Assembly: GCA_964016885.1 (NCBI GenBank) | Contig: OZ024743.1 | Span: 81,034,001-81,098,000, forward strand | Source: Eledone cirrhosa | Taxonomy: Eukaryota | Length of the DNA: 64,000 bases | Reading direction: 5' to 3' | In this document: piece by piece, positions 39,905 to 55,174 of the stretch | Layout of the letters: each line of letters opens with the position of its first letter | Position numbering within the stretch: position 1 is the first letter of the stretch | Notes under the pieces: model-generated | The model's input: the letters and a program-made list of their open reading frames with translations, nothing else | The model's database searches: none | What the model was told of the DNA's origin: nothing | Made by a program: the position numbers and the translations under genes

Positions 39905-42900
39905 TTGGTAATGGTGACATAGATGGTGTAGTTGTTAGGATGGTAGTGGTGGTAGTGATGGTGACATAGATGGTGTAGTTGTTAGGATGGTAGTGGTGGT
40001 AGTGATGGTGACATAGATGGTGTAGTTGTTAGGATGTAGTGGTGGTAGTGATGGTGACATAGATGGTGCAGTTGTTAGGATGGTAGTGATGGTAGTGACG
40101 GTGACATAGATGGTGTAGTTGTTAGGATGGTAGTGGTGGTAGTGGTGGTAGAGGTGGTGACATAGATGGTGTAGTTGTTAGGATGGTAGTGGTGGTAGTG
40201 GTGGTAGAGGTGGTGACATAGATGGTGTAGTTGTTAGGATGGTAGTGGTGGTAGTGGTGGTAGAGGTGGTGACATAGATGGTGTAGTTGTTAGGATGGTA
40301 GTGGTGGTAGTGATGGTGACATAGATGGTGTAGTTGTTAGGATGATAGTGGTGGTAGTGATGGTGACATAGATGGTGTAGTTGTTAGGATGGTAGTGGTG
40401 GTAGTGGTGGTAGTGATGGTGACATAGATGGTGTAGTTGTTAGGATGGTAGTGATGGTCGTGATGGTGACATAGATGGTGTAGTTGTTAGGATGTAGTGG
40501 TGGTAGTGATGGTGACATAGATGGTGCAGTTGTTAGGATGGTAGTGATGGTAGTGACGGTGACATAGATGGTGTAGTTGTTAGGATGGTAGTGGTGGTAG
40601 TGGTGGTAGAGGTGGTGACATAGATGGTGTAGTTGTTAGGATGGTAGTGGTGGTAGTGATGGTGACATAGATGGTGTAGTTGTTAGGATGGTAGGGGTGG
40701 TAGTGGTGGTAGTGATGGTGACATAGATGGTGTAGTTGTTAGGATGGTAGTGGTGGTAGTGGTGGTGACATAGATGGTGTAGTTGTTAGGATGGTAGTGA
40801 TGGTAGTGACGGTGACATAGATGGTGTAGTTGTTAGGATGGTAGTGGTGGTAGTGGTGGTAGAGGTGGTGACATAGATGGTGTAGTTGTTAGGATGGTAG
40901 TGGTGGTAGTGGTGGTAGTGGTGGTGACATAGATGGTGTAGTTGTTAGGATGGTAGTGGTGGTAGTGGTGGTAGTGGTGGTGACATAGATGGTGTAGTTG
41001 TTAGGATGGTAGTGGTTGTAGTGATGGTGCCATAGATGGTGTAGTTGTTAGGATGGTAGTGGTGGTAGTGGTGATAGTGATGGTGACATAGATGGTGTAG
41101 TTGTTAGGATGATAGTGGTGGTAGTGATGGTGCCATAGATGGTGTAGTTGTTAGGATGGTAGTGGTGGTAGTGGTGGTAGTGATGGTGACATAGATGGTG
41201 TAGTTGTTAGGATGGTAGTGATGGTCGTGATGGTGACATAGATGGTGTAGTTGTTAGGATGGTAGTGGTGGTAGTGGTGGTAGTGGTGGTGACATAGATG
41301 GTGTAGTTGTTAGGATGGTAGTGGTGGTAGTGGTGGTAGTGGTGGTGACATAGATGGTGTAGTTGTTAGGATGGTAGTGGTGGTAGTGGTGGTGACATAG
41401 ATGGTGTAGTTGTTAGGATGGTAGTGGTGGTAGTGGTGGTAGTGATGGTGACATAGATGGTGTAGTTGTTAGGATGGTAGTGGTGGTAGTGATGGTGACG
41501 TAGATGGTGTAGTTGTTAGGATGGTAGTGGTGGTAGTGGTGGTAGTGATGGTGACATAGATGGTGTAGTTGTTAGGATGGTAGTGGTGGTAGTGGTGGTA
41601 GTGGTGGTGACATAGATGGTGTAGTTGTTAGGATGGTAGTGGTGGTAGTGGTGGTAGTGGTGGTGACATAGATGGTGTAGTTGTTAGGATGGTAGTGGTG
41701 GTAGTGATGGTGACATAGATGGTGTAGTTGTTAGGATGGTAGTGGTGGTAGTGGTGGCAGTGGTTGTGACATAGATGGTGTAGTTGTTAGGATGGTAGTG
41801 GTGGTAGTGGTGGTGACTTGGATGGTGTAGTTGTTAGGATGGTAGTGGTGGTAGTGGTGGTGACATAGATGGTGTAGTTGTTAGGATGGTAGTGGTGGTA
41901 GTGGTGGTAGTGGTGGTAGTAATGGTGACATAGATGGTGTAGTTGTTAGGATGGTAGTGGTGGTAGTGGTGGTAGTGGTGGTGACATAGATGGTGTAGTT
42001 GTTAGGATGGTAGTGGTGGTAGTGATGGTGACATAGATGGTGTAGTTGTTAGGATGGTAGTGGTGGTAGTGATGGTGCCATAGATGGTGTAGTTGTTAGG
42101 ATGGTAGTGGTGGTAGTGGTGGTAGTGATGGAGACATAGATGATGTAGTTGTTAGGATGGTAGTGGTGGTAGTGATGGTGACATAGATGGTGTAGTTGTT
42201 AGGATGGTAGTGGTGGTAGTGGTGGTAGTGGTGGTAGTGTTGGTAGTGGTGGTGACATAGATGGTGTAGTTGTTAGGATGGTAGTGGTGGTAGTGGTGGT
42301 AGTGATGGTGACATAGATGGTGTAGTTGTTAGGATGGTAGTGGTGGTAGTGGTGGTAGTGGTGGTGACATAGATGGTGTAGTTGTTAGGATGGTAGTGGT
42401 GGTAGTGGTGGTAGTGGGGGTGACATAGATGGTGTAGTTGTTAGGATAGTATTGGTGGTAGTGGTGGTGACATAGATGGTGTAGTTGTTAGGATGGTAGT
42501 GGTGGTAGTGATGGTGCCATAGATGGTGTAGTTGTTAGGATGGTAGTGGTGGTAGTGGTGGTAGTGATGGTGACATAGATGGTGTAGTTGTTAGGATGGT
42601 AGTGATGGTAGTGGTGGTAGTGATGGTGACATAGATGGTGTAGTTGTTAGGATGGTAGTGATGGTAGTGATGGTGACATAGATGGTGTAGTTGTTAGAAT
42701 GGTAGTGGTGGTAGTGATGATGACATAGATGGTGTAGATGTTAGGATGGTAGTGGTGGTAGTGGTGGTGACATAGATGGTGTAGTTGTTAGGATGGTAGT
42801 GGTGGTAGTGATGGTGACATAGATGGTGTAGTTGTTAGGATGGTTGTGGTGGTAGTGGTGGTAGTGGTGGTGACATAGATGGTGTAGTTGTTAGGATGGT

Positions 42901-45900
42901 AGTGGTGGTAGTGGTGGTAGTGGGGGTGACATAGATGGTGTAGTTGTTAGGATAGTATTGGTGGTAGTGGTGGTGACATAGATGGTGTAGTTGTTAGGAT
43001 GGTAGTGGTGGTAGTGATGGTGCCATAGATGGTGTAGTTGTTAGGATGGTAGTGGTGGTAGTGGTGGTAGTGATGGTGACATAGATGGTGTAGATGTTAG
43101 GATGGTAGTGATGATGACATAGATGGTGTAGATGTTAGGATGGTAGTGGTGGTAGTGGTGGTAGTGATGATGACATAGATGGTGTAGATGTTAGGATGGT
43201 AGTAGTGGTAGTGATGGTGACATAGATGGTGTAGTTGTTAGGAAGGTAGTGGTGGTTGTGATGGTGACATAGATGGTGTAGTTGTTAGGATGGTAGTGGT
43301 GGTAGTGATGATGACATAGATGGTGTAGATGTTAGGATGGTAGTGGTGGTAGTGGTGGTAGTGATGGTGACATAGATGGTGTAGTTGTTAGGATGGTAGT
43401 GGTGGTAGTGGTGGTAGTGATGGTGACATAGATGGTGTAGTTGTTAGGATGGTAGTGATGGTAGTGGTGGTAGGGATGGTGACATAGATGGTGTAGTTGT
43501 TAGGATGGTAGTGGTGGTAGTGGTGGTAGTGATGGTGACATAGATGGTGTAGTTGTTAGGATGGTGGTGATGGTAGTGGTGGTAGTGGTGGTGACGTAGA
43601 TGGTGTAGTTGTTAGGATGGTAGTGGTGGTAGTGGTGGTGACATAGATGGTGACGTTGTTAGGATGGTAGTGGTGGTAGTGATGATGACATAGATGGTGT
43701 AGATGTTTGGATGGTATTGGTGGTAGTGGTGCTGACATAGATGGTGTAGATGTTAGGATGGTAGTGATGGTAGTGATGATGACATAGATGGTGTAGATGT
43801 TAGGATGGTAGTGATGGTAGTGATGATGACATAGATGGTGTAGATGTTAGGATGGTAGTGGTGGTAGTGGTGGTAGTGATCATGACATAGATGGTGTAGA
43901 TGTTAGGATGGTAGTGATGGTAGTGGTGGTAGTGATGGTGACATAGATGGTGTAGTTGTTAGGATGGTAGTGGTGGTAGTGGTGGTAGTGATCATGACAT
44001 AGATGGTGTAGATGTTAGGATGGTAGTGGTGGTAGTGGTGGTAGTGATCATGACATAGATGGTGTAGATGTTAGGATGGTAGTGATGGTAGTGGTGATAG
44101 TGATGGTGACATAGATGGTGTAGTTGTTAGGATGGTAGTGGTGGTAGTGGTGGTGACATAGATGGTGTAGTTGTTAGGATGGTAGTGGTGGTAGTGATGG
44201 TGACATAGATGGTGTAGTTGTTAGGATGGTAGTGGTGGTAGTGGTGGTGACATAGATGGTGTAGTTGTTAGGATGGTAGTGGTGGTAGTGATGATGACAT
44301 AGATGGTGTAGTTGTTAGTATGGTAGTGGTGGTAGTGGTGGTAGTGATGGTGACATAGATGGTGTAGTTGTTAGGATGGTAGTGGTGGTAGTGATGGTGA
44401 CATAGATGGTGTAGTTGTTAGGATGGTAGTGGGGGTAGTGGTGGTGACATAGATGGTGTAGTTGTTAGTATGGTAGTGGTGGTAGTGATGGTGACATAGA
44501 TGGTGTAGTTGTTAGGATGGTAGTGGTGGTAGTGATGATGACATAGATGGTGTAGTTGTTAGGATGGTAGTGATGGTCGTGATGGTAGTGATGGTGACAT
44601 AGATGGTGTAGTTGTTAGGATGGTAGTGGTGGTAGTGGTGGTAGTGATGGTGACATAGATGGTGTAGTTGTTAGTATGGTAGTGGTGGTAGTGGTGGTAG
44701 TGATGGTGACATAGATGGTGTAGTTGTTAGGATGGTAGTGGTGGTAGTGGTGGTAGTGATGATGACATAGATGGTGTAGATGTTAGGATGGTAGTGGTGG
44801 TAGTGGTGGTAGTGATGATGACATAGATGGTGTAGATGTTAGGATGGTAGTGGTGGTAGTGGTGGTAGTGATGATGACATAGATGGTGTAGATGTTAGGA
44901 TGGTAGTGATGGTAGTGGTGGTAGTGATGGTGACATAGATAGTGTAGTTGTTAGGATGGTAGTGATGGTAGTGGTGGTAGTGGTGGTGACGTAGATGGTG
45001 TAGTTGTTAGGATGTTAGTGGTGGTAGTGGTGGTGATATAGATGGTGTTGTTGTTAGGATGGTAGTGTTGGTAGTGATGGTGCCATAGATGGTGTAGTTG
45101 TTAGGATGGTAGTGGTGGTAGTGGTGGTAGTAATGGTGACATAGATGGTGTAGTTGTTAGGATGGTAGTGGTTGTAGTGGTGGTAGTGATGGTGACGTAG
45201 ATGGTGTAGTTGTTAGGATGGTAGGGGTGGTAGTGGTTGTAGTAATGGTGACATAGATGGTGTAGTTGTTAGGATGGTAGTGGTGGTAGTGGTTGTAGTG
45301 ATGGTGACGTAGATGGTGTAGTTGTTAGGATGGTAGTGGTGGTAGTGGTGGTAGTAATGGTGACATAGATGGTGTAGTTGTTAGGATGGTAGTGGTGGTA
45401 GTGGTGGTAGTGATGGTGACGTAGATGGTGTAGTTGTTAGGCTGGTAGTGATGGTCGTGTTGGTGACATAGATGGTGTAGTTGTTAGGATGGTAGTGATG
45501 GTAGTGATGGTGACATAGATGGTGTAGTTGTTAGGACGGTAGTGGTGGTAGTGGTGGTAGTGATGGTGCTATAGATGGTGTAGTTGTTAGGATGGTAGTG
45601 ATGGTCGTGATGGTGACATAGATGGTGTAGTTGTTAGGATGGTAGTGGTGGTAGTGGTGGTAGTGATCGTGCTATAGATGGTGTAGTTGTTAGGATGGTA
45701 GTGGTGGTAGTGGTGGTGACATAGATGGTGTAGTTGTTAGGATGGTAGTGGTGGTATTGATGGTGACATAGATGGTGTAGTTGTTAGGATGGTAGTTGTG
45801 GTAGTGATGGTGACATAGATGGTGTAGTTGTTAGGATGGTAGTGGTGGTAGTGGTGGTAGTGATGGTGACATAGATGGTGTAGTTGTTAGGATGGTAGTG

Positions 45901-46590
45901 ATGGTCGTGGTGGTGCCATAGATGGTGTAGTTGTTAGGATGGTAGTGATGGTAGTGATGGTGACGTAGATGGTGTAGTTGTTAGGATGGTAGTGGTGGTA
46001 GTCATGGTGACGTAGATGGTGTAGTTGTTAGGATGGTAGTGGTGGTAGTGGTGGTAGTAATGGTGACATAGATGGTGTAGTTGTTAGGATGGTAGTGGTG
46101 GTAGTGGTGGTAGTGATGGTGACATAGATGGTGTAGTTGTTAGGATGGTAGTGGTGGTAGTGGTGGTAGTGATGGTGACATAGATGGTGTAGTTGTTAGG
46201 ATGGTAGTGGTGGTAGTGGTGGTAGTGATGGTGACATAGATGGTGTAGTTGTTAGGATGGTAGTGATGGTAGTGGTGGTGACATAGATGGTGTAGTTGTT
46301 AGGATGTTAGTGGTGGTAGTGGTGGTAGTGATGGTGACATAGATGGTGTAGTTGTTAGGATGGTAGTGGTGGTAGTGGTGGTGACATAGATGGTGTAGTT
46401 GTTAGGATGGTAGTGATGGTAGTGATGGTAGTAATGGTGACATAGATGGTGTAGTTGTTAGGATGGTAGTGATGGTAGTGATGGTGACATAGATGGTGTA
46501 GTTGTTAGGATGGTAGTGGTGGTAGTAATGGTGACATAGATGGTGTAGTTGTTAGGATGGTAGTGATGGTAGTGGTGGTAGTGATGGTAG
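39905..46590. repeat. 6.7-kb G/T-rich minisatellite with a 47/56-bp unit: GACATAGATGGTGTAGTTGTTAGGAT plus a variable number of (GGTAGTGRT) 9-mers
   Basis: Direct periodicity. Unit length changes in steps of 9 bp. Confidence 0.97.
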
Positions 46591-47799
46591 CAATCGTAGT
46601 AATGGTTGTAATGGTAGGAATGGTGTTGGCAGTGGTGGGGCTGGTCAGTATGGTTGGGGTGGGGGCTCATAAACAGGTCATCTTTATGAGAATTGTGTGT
46701 TTATTTCCTTCCTTTACCTGAAATAAAAGAAATAATGATTGGTGTGTCTTTCCATCAATGGTGAATGACGAGGAATATTTTGGAAGAGATTAAGAGAAAG
46801 AATGAGTGACAACGGTGCTAACAGCAACACAGCTCATCTGCATTCATCAGTAGAACACACAATGTGATGACATATTTAACGGCCACCCGCTGACACAGGA
46901 ACACTTCTTATACCCCGGCTACAACCGTCATTCTTTGTTTTAATCATCTTACACTTCCACTCTCACAAAACAACACTACAACCATCTGGGATAGACCACC
47001 TACGTGTTTTACTTCCCACGTCTTTAGCGTCCGACTTAACGTGATTTAAGAAGTGGCTGCCATTTTACTTGTCAGAGTGGTTCAATGATGAAAATGTTAG
47101 CCTTACAATTCATTAGCTAAGGGTTAGCATCATATATTGGTTTGTTAGGAAGAAAAAGCTAAACAGGAGAGGCTTTTACATATGTAATAGAGATAAAGTC
47201 GTTTATTGTAATCGTGATTATACTATCGAACTTATATTGTTATGGACATCGGTAGGCTTCAAACACGCTCAGTGTATTCCTATATCCTCTGCTTAATGTT
47301 ATCAATCAATTATTTTTTATCTAAAGTGACACCAATAAGCAGAAGTTGAAGCCATTTTGTTACTGTAGTTCAATGCCAGCCTTAACAATGGGTTTGTATC
47401 TGATATTGTGCTCTAAAGTGTTGTTAGAAAAAAAAACATTTAAAAAGAGCATCTTGTACATAATAAGGTAGTGAAAATCGTTTTTTATAATCATGGAGAG
47501 TGTTACCGATCAGATTTCATAATAAAGACCAGTGGGCCTCAACCACACTCAAGGTATCCATCCTTTGCTTAACGTAATCAATCACTTATTTTTGTTTAAA
47601 CTTAACACGTGAGGCGTTAATTAACATTGTTGAGTCTTCCACACACACGTGTACTCTTAACGTAATTCAAAAGCCGAATGTAGTTCAACCTATAATTCTT
47701 ATCTCAGACTGTCACACTGAATCTCCCTGAGAACTATGATAAGTGTGGATGTATTTCTGGGATACTCAGGTACTTGCAAGAGGGTCGGGTGCCATGCAC

Positions 47800-47945
47800 T
47801 GATGCATAGAGTTACTGCCCTTGCCATTCTGAGTTCAAATCCCGCCGAGGCTAACTTTGCCTTTCATCCTTACGGAGTCGATAAAATAAGGTACCAGTAA
47901 TGCACTGGTTAATTGCTGGCCTTGTACCAAAAGTAGAAACAATTA
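47800..47945 (+). mobile_element. tRNA-type SINE fragment
   Basis: B-box-like GAGTTCAAATCCCG followed by CTTTGCCTTTCATCCTT..GGAGTCGATAAAATAAG..ACCAGT. Degenerate relatives at 50715-50815 and ~5720-5805. Confidence 0.7.
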
Positions 47946-48497
47946 TATTACCAGAGGGACTATACCAATAATTCTTATATCTAGCCATGTCACGCATTGC
48001 GTCTCCCGGAATCTCGCCGAAATCTACGTTAAGGAATTACGCGTCCCTGGAATGGTCAACGACTTGCATTTTAATTTGAAGATCAGACTGTGTCGTTGAT
48101 TGAATCAACTTGAGCTCAGGTTGTCAGAACCGATGGAGGTTCAACAACAACAACTGTAAGGAAAGGCATGAACCAGACAACAGAGTTAGTTTAATACAAC
48201 TGGCGTCTTGTGCCTTCCTGTGACACAAACGTTCTAGTTATATATGCAGATACATTTACCGCTGCACTGACTTCATTGCACGGCCAATGTTTTATTTATG
48301 CATTCGGGTCTCACGTGCGTCAATGTATGAATCTCACATGCGTGCGTGCATGCACGCACACTCACATTACACACACACACATATATATATATATGTCCAT
48401 ATATATATAAATATATATTTGTATATATATATAGACATATAGATAAACATATATATGTTTATATATATATATGTTTATATATATATATATATATCTA

Positions 48498-48547
<50 letters not shown>

Positions 48548-48630
48548 TAAATATATGTATATATATATATATATATATATACATTTATACATGCATACAT
48601 ACATATAATGTTTATACATATATACTTACA

Positions 48631-48697
<67 letters not shown>

Positions 48698-48710
48698 TAT
48701 GTATATATAT

Positions 48711-48767
<57 letters not shown>

Positions 48768-48837
48768 GGGAGGGTATGAATATGCATTTTACTTCGTGAA
48801 GCTGCTCAAGTCACCTGCACTAATAGAGAGTGAAAAA

Positions 48838-48996
48838 TTACCACCACCATCACCACCACAACTACCAACACCACCACCACCACCACCACCACCACAACTA
48901 CCAACACCACCACCACCACCACCACCACCACAACTACCAACACCACCACCACCACCACCACCACCCCCACAACTACCAACACCACAACTACCAACA
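48838..48996. repeat. (CCA)n with a ~36-bp CCACAACTACCAACA period
   Basis: Seen directly. Confidence 0.85.
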
Positions 48997-49649
48997 CGAT
49001 ACATTTGCCCCCCGGCTATTTCCATCTCAGCACCATCATATCTTCTACTTCTAATAAGTTCACGAAGACCATTCGGCCTAAAATGGAGGCAGGAGTGAAT
49101 CAATTCTTATAAGAAGATCGTGGAAAGATCCGTTGTAAAATATCCGATCTCGACTGTATGGAGATTCTTCTGCCTGGAAGCTGTGTTGCTGCGAAACAAC
49201 CAAATAATGCCGGATTCTTCGATTTTCTTATTCCTGAAAGAAATGGGCTGCGTGTGTGTATGTGTGTGTATGCGTGTGTGTATGTGTGTATGTGTGCGTA
49301 TGTGTGTATGTGTGCGTGTGTGTTTATGTGTGTGTATGTGTGTGTGTATGTATGTAGGAATGTATGCCCGTATCTATGTGTGGTTTTATGCTTGTTTTAT
49401 ATATGCATGTATGTATGTGTGTGTATATATATATATATATATGTATGTATGTAGGTAGGTAGGTAGGTAGTTAGGTAAGTATTTATATATCTGTATGTCT
49501 GTATGTAAGTGTGGGTGTATATATGTGTACATGTATATGTAGAGATGTATATCTATGTAACCATCTAACTACTTATATATCTACACAGCAAACTATGTTT
49601 GTCGCTAAGGTGCATTAGCATGGCCACAGTAAAAGTGTATATATATATA

Positions 49650-49746
<97 letters not shown>

Positions 49747-49843
49747 ATATCTTTATAACTGTGTTCTTGCCTATATAAGAATATGTATAAAAAAAAAGTA
49801 GTGACAATATAAGGGAGAGAGTAGAGAGAGTGTAATAAATGCA

Positions 49844-49934
<91 letters not shown>

Positions 49935-50160
49935 TATAAAGAATCCGACTAGATGCGAATGAACGGCCTGCAGTTGTTGGTAATGATGTTATCATCTGTA
50001 AAGTTTCCAACTGATAAAGAACTGGTGCTGATGCTGTATCATCTCAGATTAATAGTAAATATAAGAAAACCAAAACAAAATGGTAACTGATTATTCCATA
50101 ATATCAGAAAACTATGTTATTACATTGCAATGAAGTTACTCCAAAATGGCGCTGAAATGG

Positions 50161-50707
50161 AAGAGTTGTTAAGACGTCGGATAGAAAGATTTGTCATAAG
50201 AGTCGTTAAGACGTTGGATAGAAAGATTTGTCATAAGAGACGTTAAGACGTTGGATAGAAAGATTTGTCATAAGAGTTGTTAAGACGTTGGATAGAAAGA
50301 TTTGTCATAAGAGTTTAAGACGTCGGATAGTAAGATTTGTCATAAGAGACGTTAAGACGTTGGATAGAAAGATTTGTCATAAGAGTAGTTAAGACGTCGG
50401 ATAGAAAGATTTGTCATAAGAGTTGTTAAGAAGTCGGATAGTAAGATTTGTCATAAGAGTCGTTAAGATGTTGGATAGAAAGATTTGTCATAAGAGTCGT
50501 TAAGACGTCGGATAGAAAGATTTGTCATAAGAGTTAAGACGTCGGATAGTAAGATTTGTCATAAGAGTAGTTAAGACGTCGGACAGTAAGATTTGTCATA
50601 AGAGTAGTTAAGACGTCGGACAGTAAGATTTGTCATAAGAGTAGTTAAGACGTCGGACAGTAAGATTTGTCATAAGAGTCGTTAAGACGTCGGATAGAAA
50701 GATTTGT
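50161..50707. repeat. 37-bp tandem repeat (AAGAGTCGTTAAGACGTCGGATAGAAAGATTTGTCAT), ~15 copies, abutting a degenerate SINE body
   Basis: Direct periodicity with no unique spacers. Confidence 0.93.
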
Positions 50708-51226
50708 AATATTTTTATCCAGCTCTTTAGATTTTGAGTTCATATCTTTCTGATGCCAATTTTGCCGTTCTTCATTTCGAGATCGATAAATAATGCACTT
50801 GTTGAATCCTGGGATCGATTCTTTCTCTAGATATCGCTTTCTCTCTTCTCTGTCACCTCTATTTCTCTCGAGTAATCAGTCCAGTTCTGACGTGGAGAGG
50901 AATGGGCTTCACCAGGTTTGAATTCCTATGTCACGCCGCTTATCTAGATGGTGCCCCTACGACACCATCAAGAGTTAAGGACTCATGGATAGAAGGAAAG
51001 ATTCTCAGTCTTTTACAGGTTCACACCAGACACCAACCATAACAACAAACTGTGTGTTTCTATATGTATTTATATGTATATATCTGTCTGAAACTCTTTA
51101 AAACACATAAGTACAGTGCATTGCCTAACTCTGGCATGTTAGAAGAAGAGTTTCACTCCCCCATCACAACGTCCTGGGTTCGAACCTTACATATCTTATT
51201 TCTTCAACTTACACGCAGATACTTTC

Positions 51227-52343
51227 ACATACAGACACACACAGACACACAGATACAGACACATACAGACACACAGATACTTACACATACAGATACACAG
51301 ATATTTACACATACAGACACACACAGACACACAGATACAGACACATACAGACACACAGATACAGACACACAGATACTTACACATACAGACACACAGATAC
51401 TTACACACACAGACACACAGATACAGACATACAGATACAAACACACAGATACTTACACATATAGACACACAGATACAGACACACATACACAGACACACAG
51501 ATACAGACACAGAAATACAGACACACACAGATACACATATACAGACACACACAGACACATACACACAGATACATACATACACATACAGACACACATATAC
51601 AGACATACACATACACACAGAGACACACATATACAGACATACACATACACACAGAGACACACATATACAGACATACACATGCACACACAGACACACATAT
51701 ACAGACATACACATACACACACAGACACACAGACACAGACACACAGACACATATACACAGATACAGACACACAAATACAGACACACACAGACACACAGAT
51801 ACAGACACACAGATACAGAGACACACATACACACACATACACACACATACAGACACACAAATACAGACATACACAGACACACAGATCCAGACACACACAG
51901 ACACACATATACAGACACACACAGACACACAGATACAGACACACATACACAAACACACATACACAGACACACATATACAGACACACATACACAGACATAC
52001 ATATACAGACACACACAGACACACACACACAGACACACAGACACAGACACACAGATACAGACACACATATAATTACACACAGATACAGACACACACACAG
52101 ACACACACAGACAAACAGATACAGACACACATACACAGACATACATACACAGACACACACACATACACAGACACACATACACAGACACACACACATACAC
52201 AGACACACATACACAGTCACACACAGACACAGACACACATATACAGACACACATACACAGACACACACATATACAGACATATATATACAGACACACATAT
52301 ACAGACACACACATATACAGACATATATATACAGACACACATA
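51227..52343. repeat. Compound (ACAG/ACAC/ATAC) low-complexity repeat
   Basis: Seen directly. Confidence 0.9.
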
Positions 52344-52456
52344 CAAAGTATTTCCTATCTCAGTCGTGTTACTGCAATATGGTGTTCGATTTCCAATCAC
52401 AAGGTCATGGTTCTAACCCCATATTTGTCCCTGTATATAAATATGTTTCAAAAGTT

Positions 52457-53810
52457 ACACATTTAATCCTGTATCCCATTATACACCCATTTAATCCAGT
52501 ATAACATTATACACCCATTTAATCCTGTATCCCATTATACATCCATTTAATCCAGTATAAAATTATACACCCATTTAATCCAGTATAACATTATACACAC
52601 ATTTAATCCTGTATCCCATTATACACATATTTAATCCAGTATAACATTATACACCCATTTAATCCTGTATCCCATTATACACATATTTAATCCAGTATAA
52701 CATTATACACCCATTTAATCCTGTATTACATTATACACCCATTTAATCCTGTATCCCATTATACATCCATTTAATCCAGTATAAAATTATACACCCATTT
52801 AATCCAGTATAACATTATACACCCATTTAATCCTGTATCCCATTATACACATATTTAATCCAGTATAACATTATACACCCATTTAATCCAGTATAACATT
52901 ATACACCCATTTAATCCTGTATCCCATTATACATCCATTTAATCCAGTATAAAATTATACACCCATTTAATCCAGTATAACATTATACACCCATTTAATC
53001 CTGTATCCCATTATACACATATTTAATCCAGTATAACATTATACACCCATTTAATCTTGTATTACATTATACACCCATTTAATCCAGTATAACCTTATAC
53101 ACCTATTTAATCCTGTATCCCATTATACACCCATTTAATCCAGTATAACATTATACACCCATTTAATCCAGTATAACATTATACACCCGTTTAATCATCC
53201 TGTATCCCATTATACACCCATTTAATCCAGTATAACATTATACACCCATTTAATCCAGTATAATATTATTCCCCCATTTAATCCAGTTTAACGTTATACA
53301 CACATTTAATCCTGTATAACATTATACACACATTTAATCCAGTATAACATTATACACCCATTTAATCCTGTATCCCATTATACACCCATTTAATCCAGTA
53401 TAACATTATACACCCTTTTAATCTTGTATTCCATTATACACCCATTTAATCCAGTATAACATTATACACCCATTAATCCAGTATAACATTATACACCCAT
53501 TTAATCCAGTATAACATTATACACACATTTAATCCTGTATAATATTATACACACATTTAATCCTGTATAACATTATACACACATTTAATCCTGTATAAAA
53601 TTTATACACATATTTAATCCTGTATACCATTTATACACATATTTAATCCTGTATAACATTATACACCCATTTAATCCTGTATACCATTTATACACACATT
53701 TAATCCTGTATAACATTATACACCCATTTAATCCTGTATAACATTTATACACACATTTAATCCTGTATAACATTTATACACCCATTTAATCCTGTATAAC
53801 ATTTATACAT
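52457..53810. repeat. 28-bp minisatellite (ACACCCATTTAATCCWGTATAACATTAT), ~48 copies
   Basis: Direct periodicity. Confidence 0.95.
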
Positions 53811-54586
53811 CTATCATAGCTATTCATGTAATTTATACACCAGTAATATATTATCAAATTATTATTTGTACCATTAATTACTTCCACGTGTCAGTGATGA
53901 ATATAAACTATAGGGCTTCTCGCATGCGAGCCACTAATTTATCAAAACTCAAATTTCCCCGTTTGTTTAATTGTTCATAAAACCTGTAATCTTGCTATAT
54001 ATGACACCTTTTCTTCACATACTTTCCCTTCTTAGCTAATGAATATATTAATTAATATATTAATTAACATATTAATTAACATATTGACCTTTGTTTCTAT
54101 CTCTTCTGCCCAGTTACATCACATTCGTTTGTAGCAAATATTATTTCACTTGTCAAACATCGAAAGCCAATTCATACTATTTTGTGTTTATTTTTTACTG
54201 ATCGTCCTACACCATCTACAACAAAATGATGAAGGGCAGAACAAAAGAGAGACATAAAATAAAAACCCAGCCACTGAGGAGGTCACAGAATGTGTGATGA
54301 AAGAGCGTTGACAATATATAAACAGCCATCTGGTTATCGAACCAACCATCCAACTGAAAATTTATAATAAATTGACGTGAAAATCAACAGGTGCCTGTGT
54401 TTTTATTGGCAGCATGTCCCTCTTAAAGTACAACAATATCTGTTTCAACACACGTTTTCTGTAAAAAATCTTGCAAAACAAATTAAAAAACGAAATACAC
54501 TTATATATATATATAAACACATATATACAAACACACACACACACACATAAACACACACACACATACATACATATATACATACATAT

Positions 54587-54686
<100 letters not shown>

Positions 54687-54718
54687 ACAAAGAAACAGTT
54701 CCTTATATAAAAAATTCA

Positions 54719-54850
54719 TCATTTTACGATCGTTTCTAGGATATATATGTGTGTGTTGGTATGTATATCATATAGATCTATGTAAAAATTTTACAAACTA
54801 TCAGAGGGAATATACATACCTAGACATATATATGGTGTCTTCAGAAATAA
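54719..54850 (-). ncRNA. Type I hammerhead with intact core, very long stem II, palindromic stem III and GUA site
   Basis: attt-CTGAAGA-~100-nt hairpin (atatatatg..ggtatgtat / atacatacc..catatatat)-GAAA-cgatcg-TA-aaat. Confidence 0.68.
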
Positions 54851-55035
54851 TGAATAATATATATATATATACAAGAAGGTAGTACAGCATAATCGTAGGC
54901 CTGGTTGCGGGCAAGCTAACGAATGCTGATATATATATATATAAAAGAATAAAATATCTTATTTTATTAGAAACCTAAAATTTCAACACAAGTTAATCCA
55001 AATTCATAAACTTCAGTCACACACACACACACGCA

Positions 55036-55118
<83 letters not shown>

Positions 55119-55131
55119 TTATATACGTGTG

Positions 55132-55174
<43 letters not shown>

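Noticed and set aside
39905-46590. Telomeric repeat (TTAGG within the unit)
   Set aside because: There is a single TTAGG per 47-56 bp unit, not a tandem telomeric array.
48789-49250. Gly-rich ORF or possible exon
   Set aside because: Mostly a (CCA)n translation, and the unique part has no recognisable motif or convincing splice donor.
50161-50707. 37-bp repeats of CRISPR-like length
   Set aside because: The repeats are head-to-tail with no spacers, there are no cas genes, and the context is eukaryotic.
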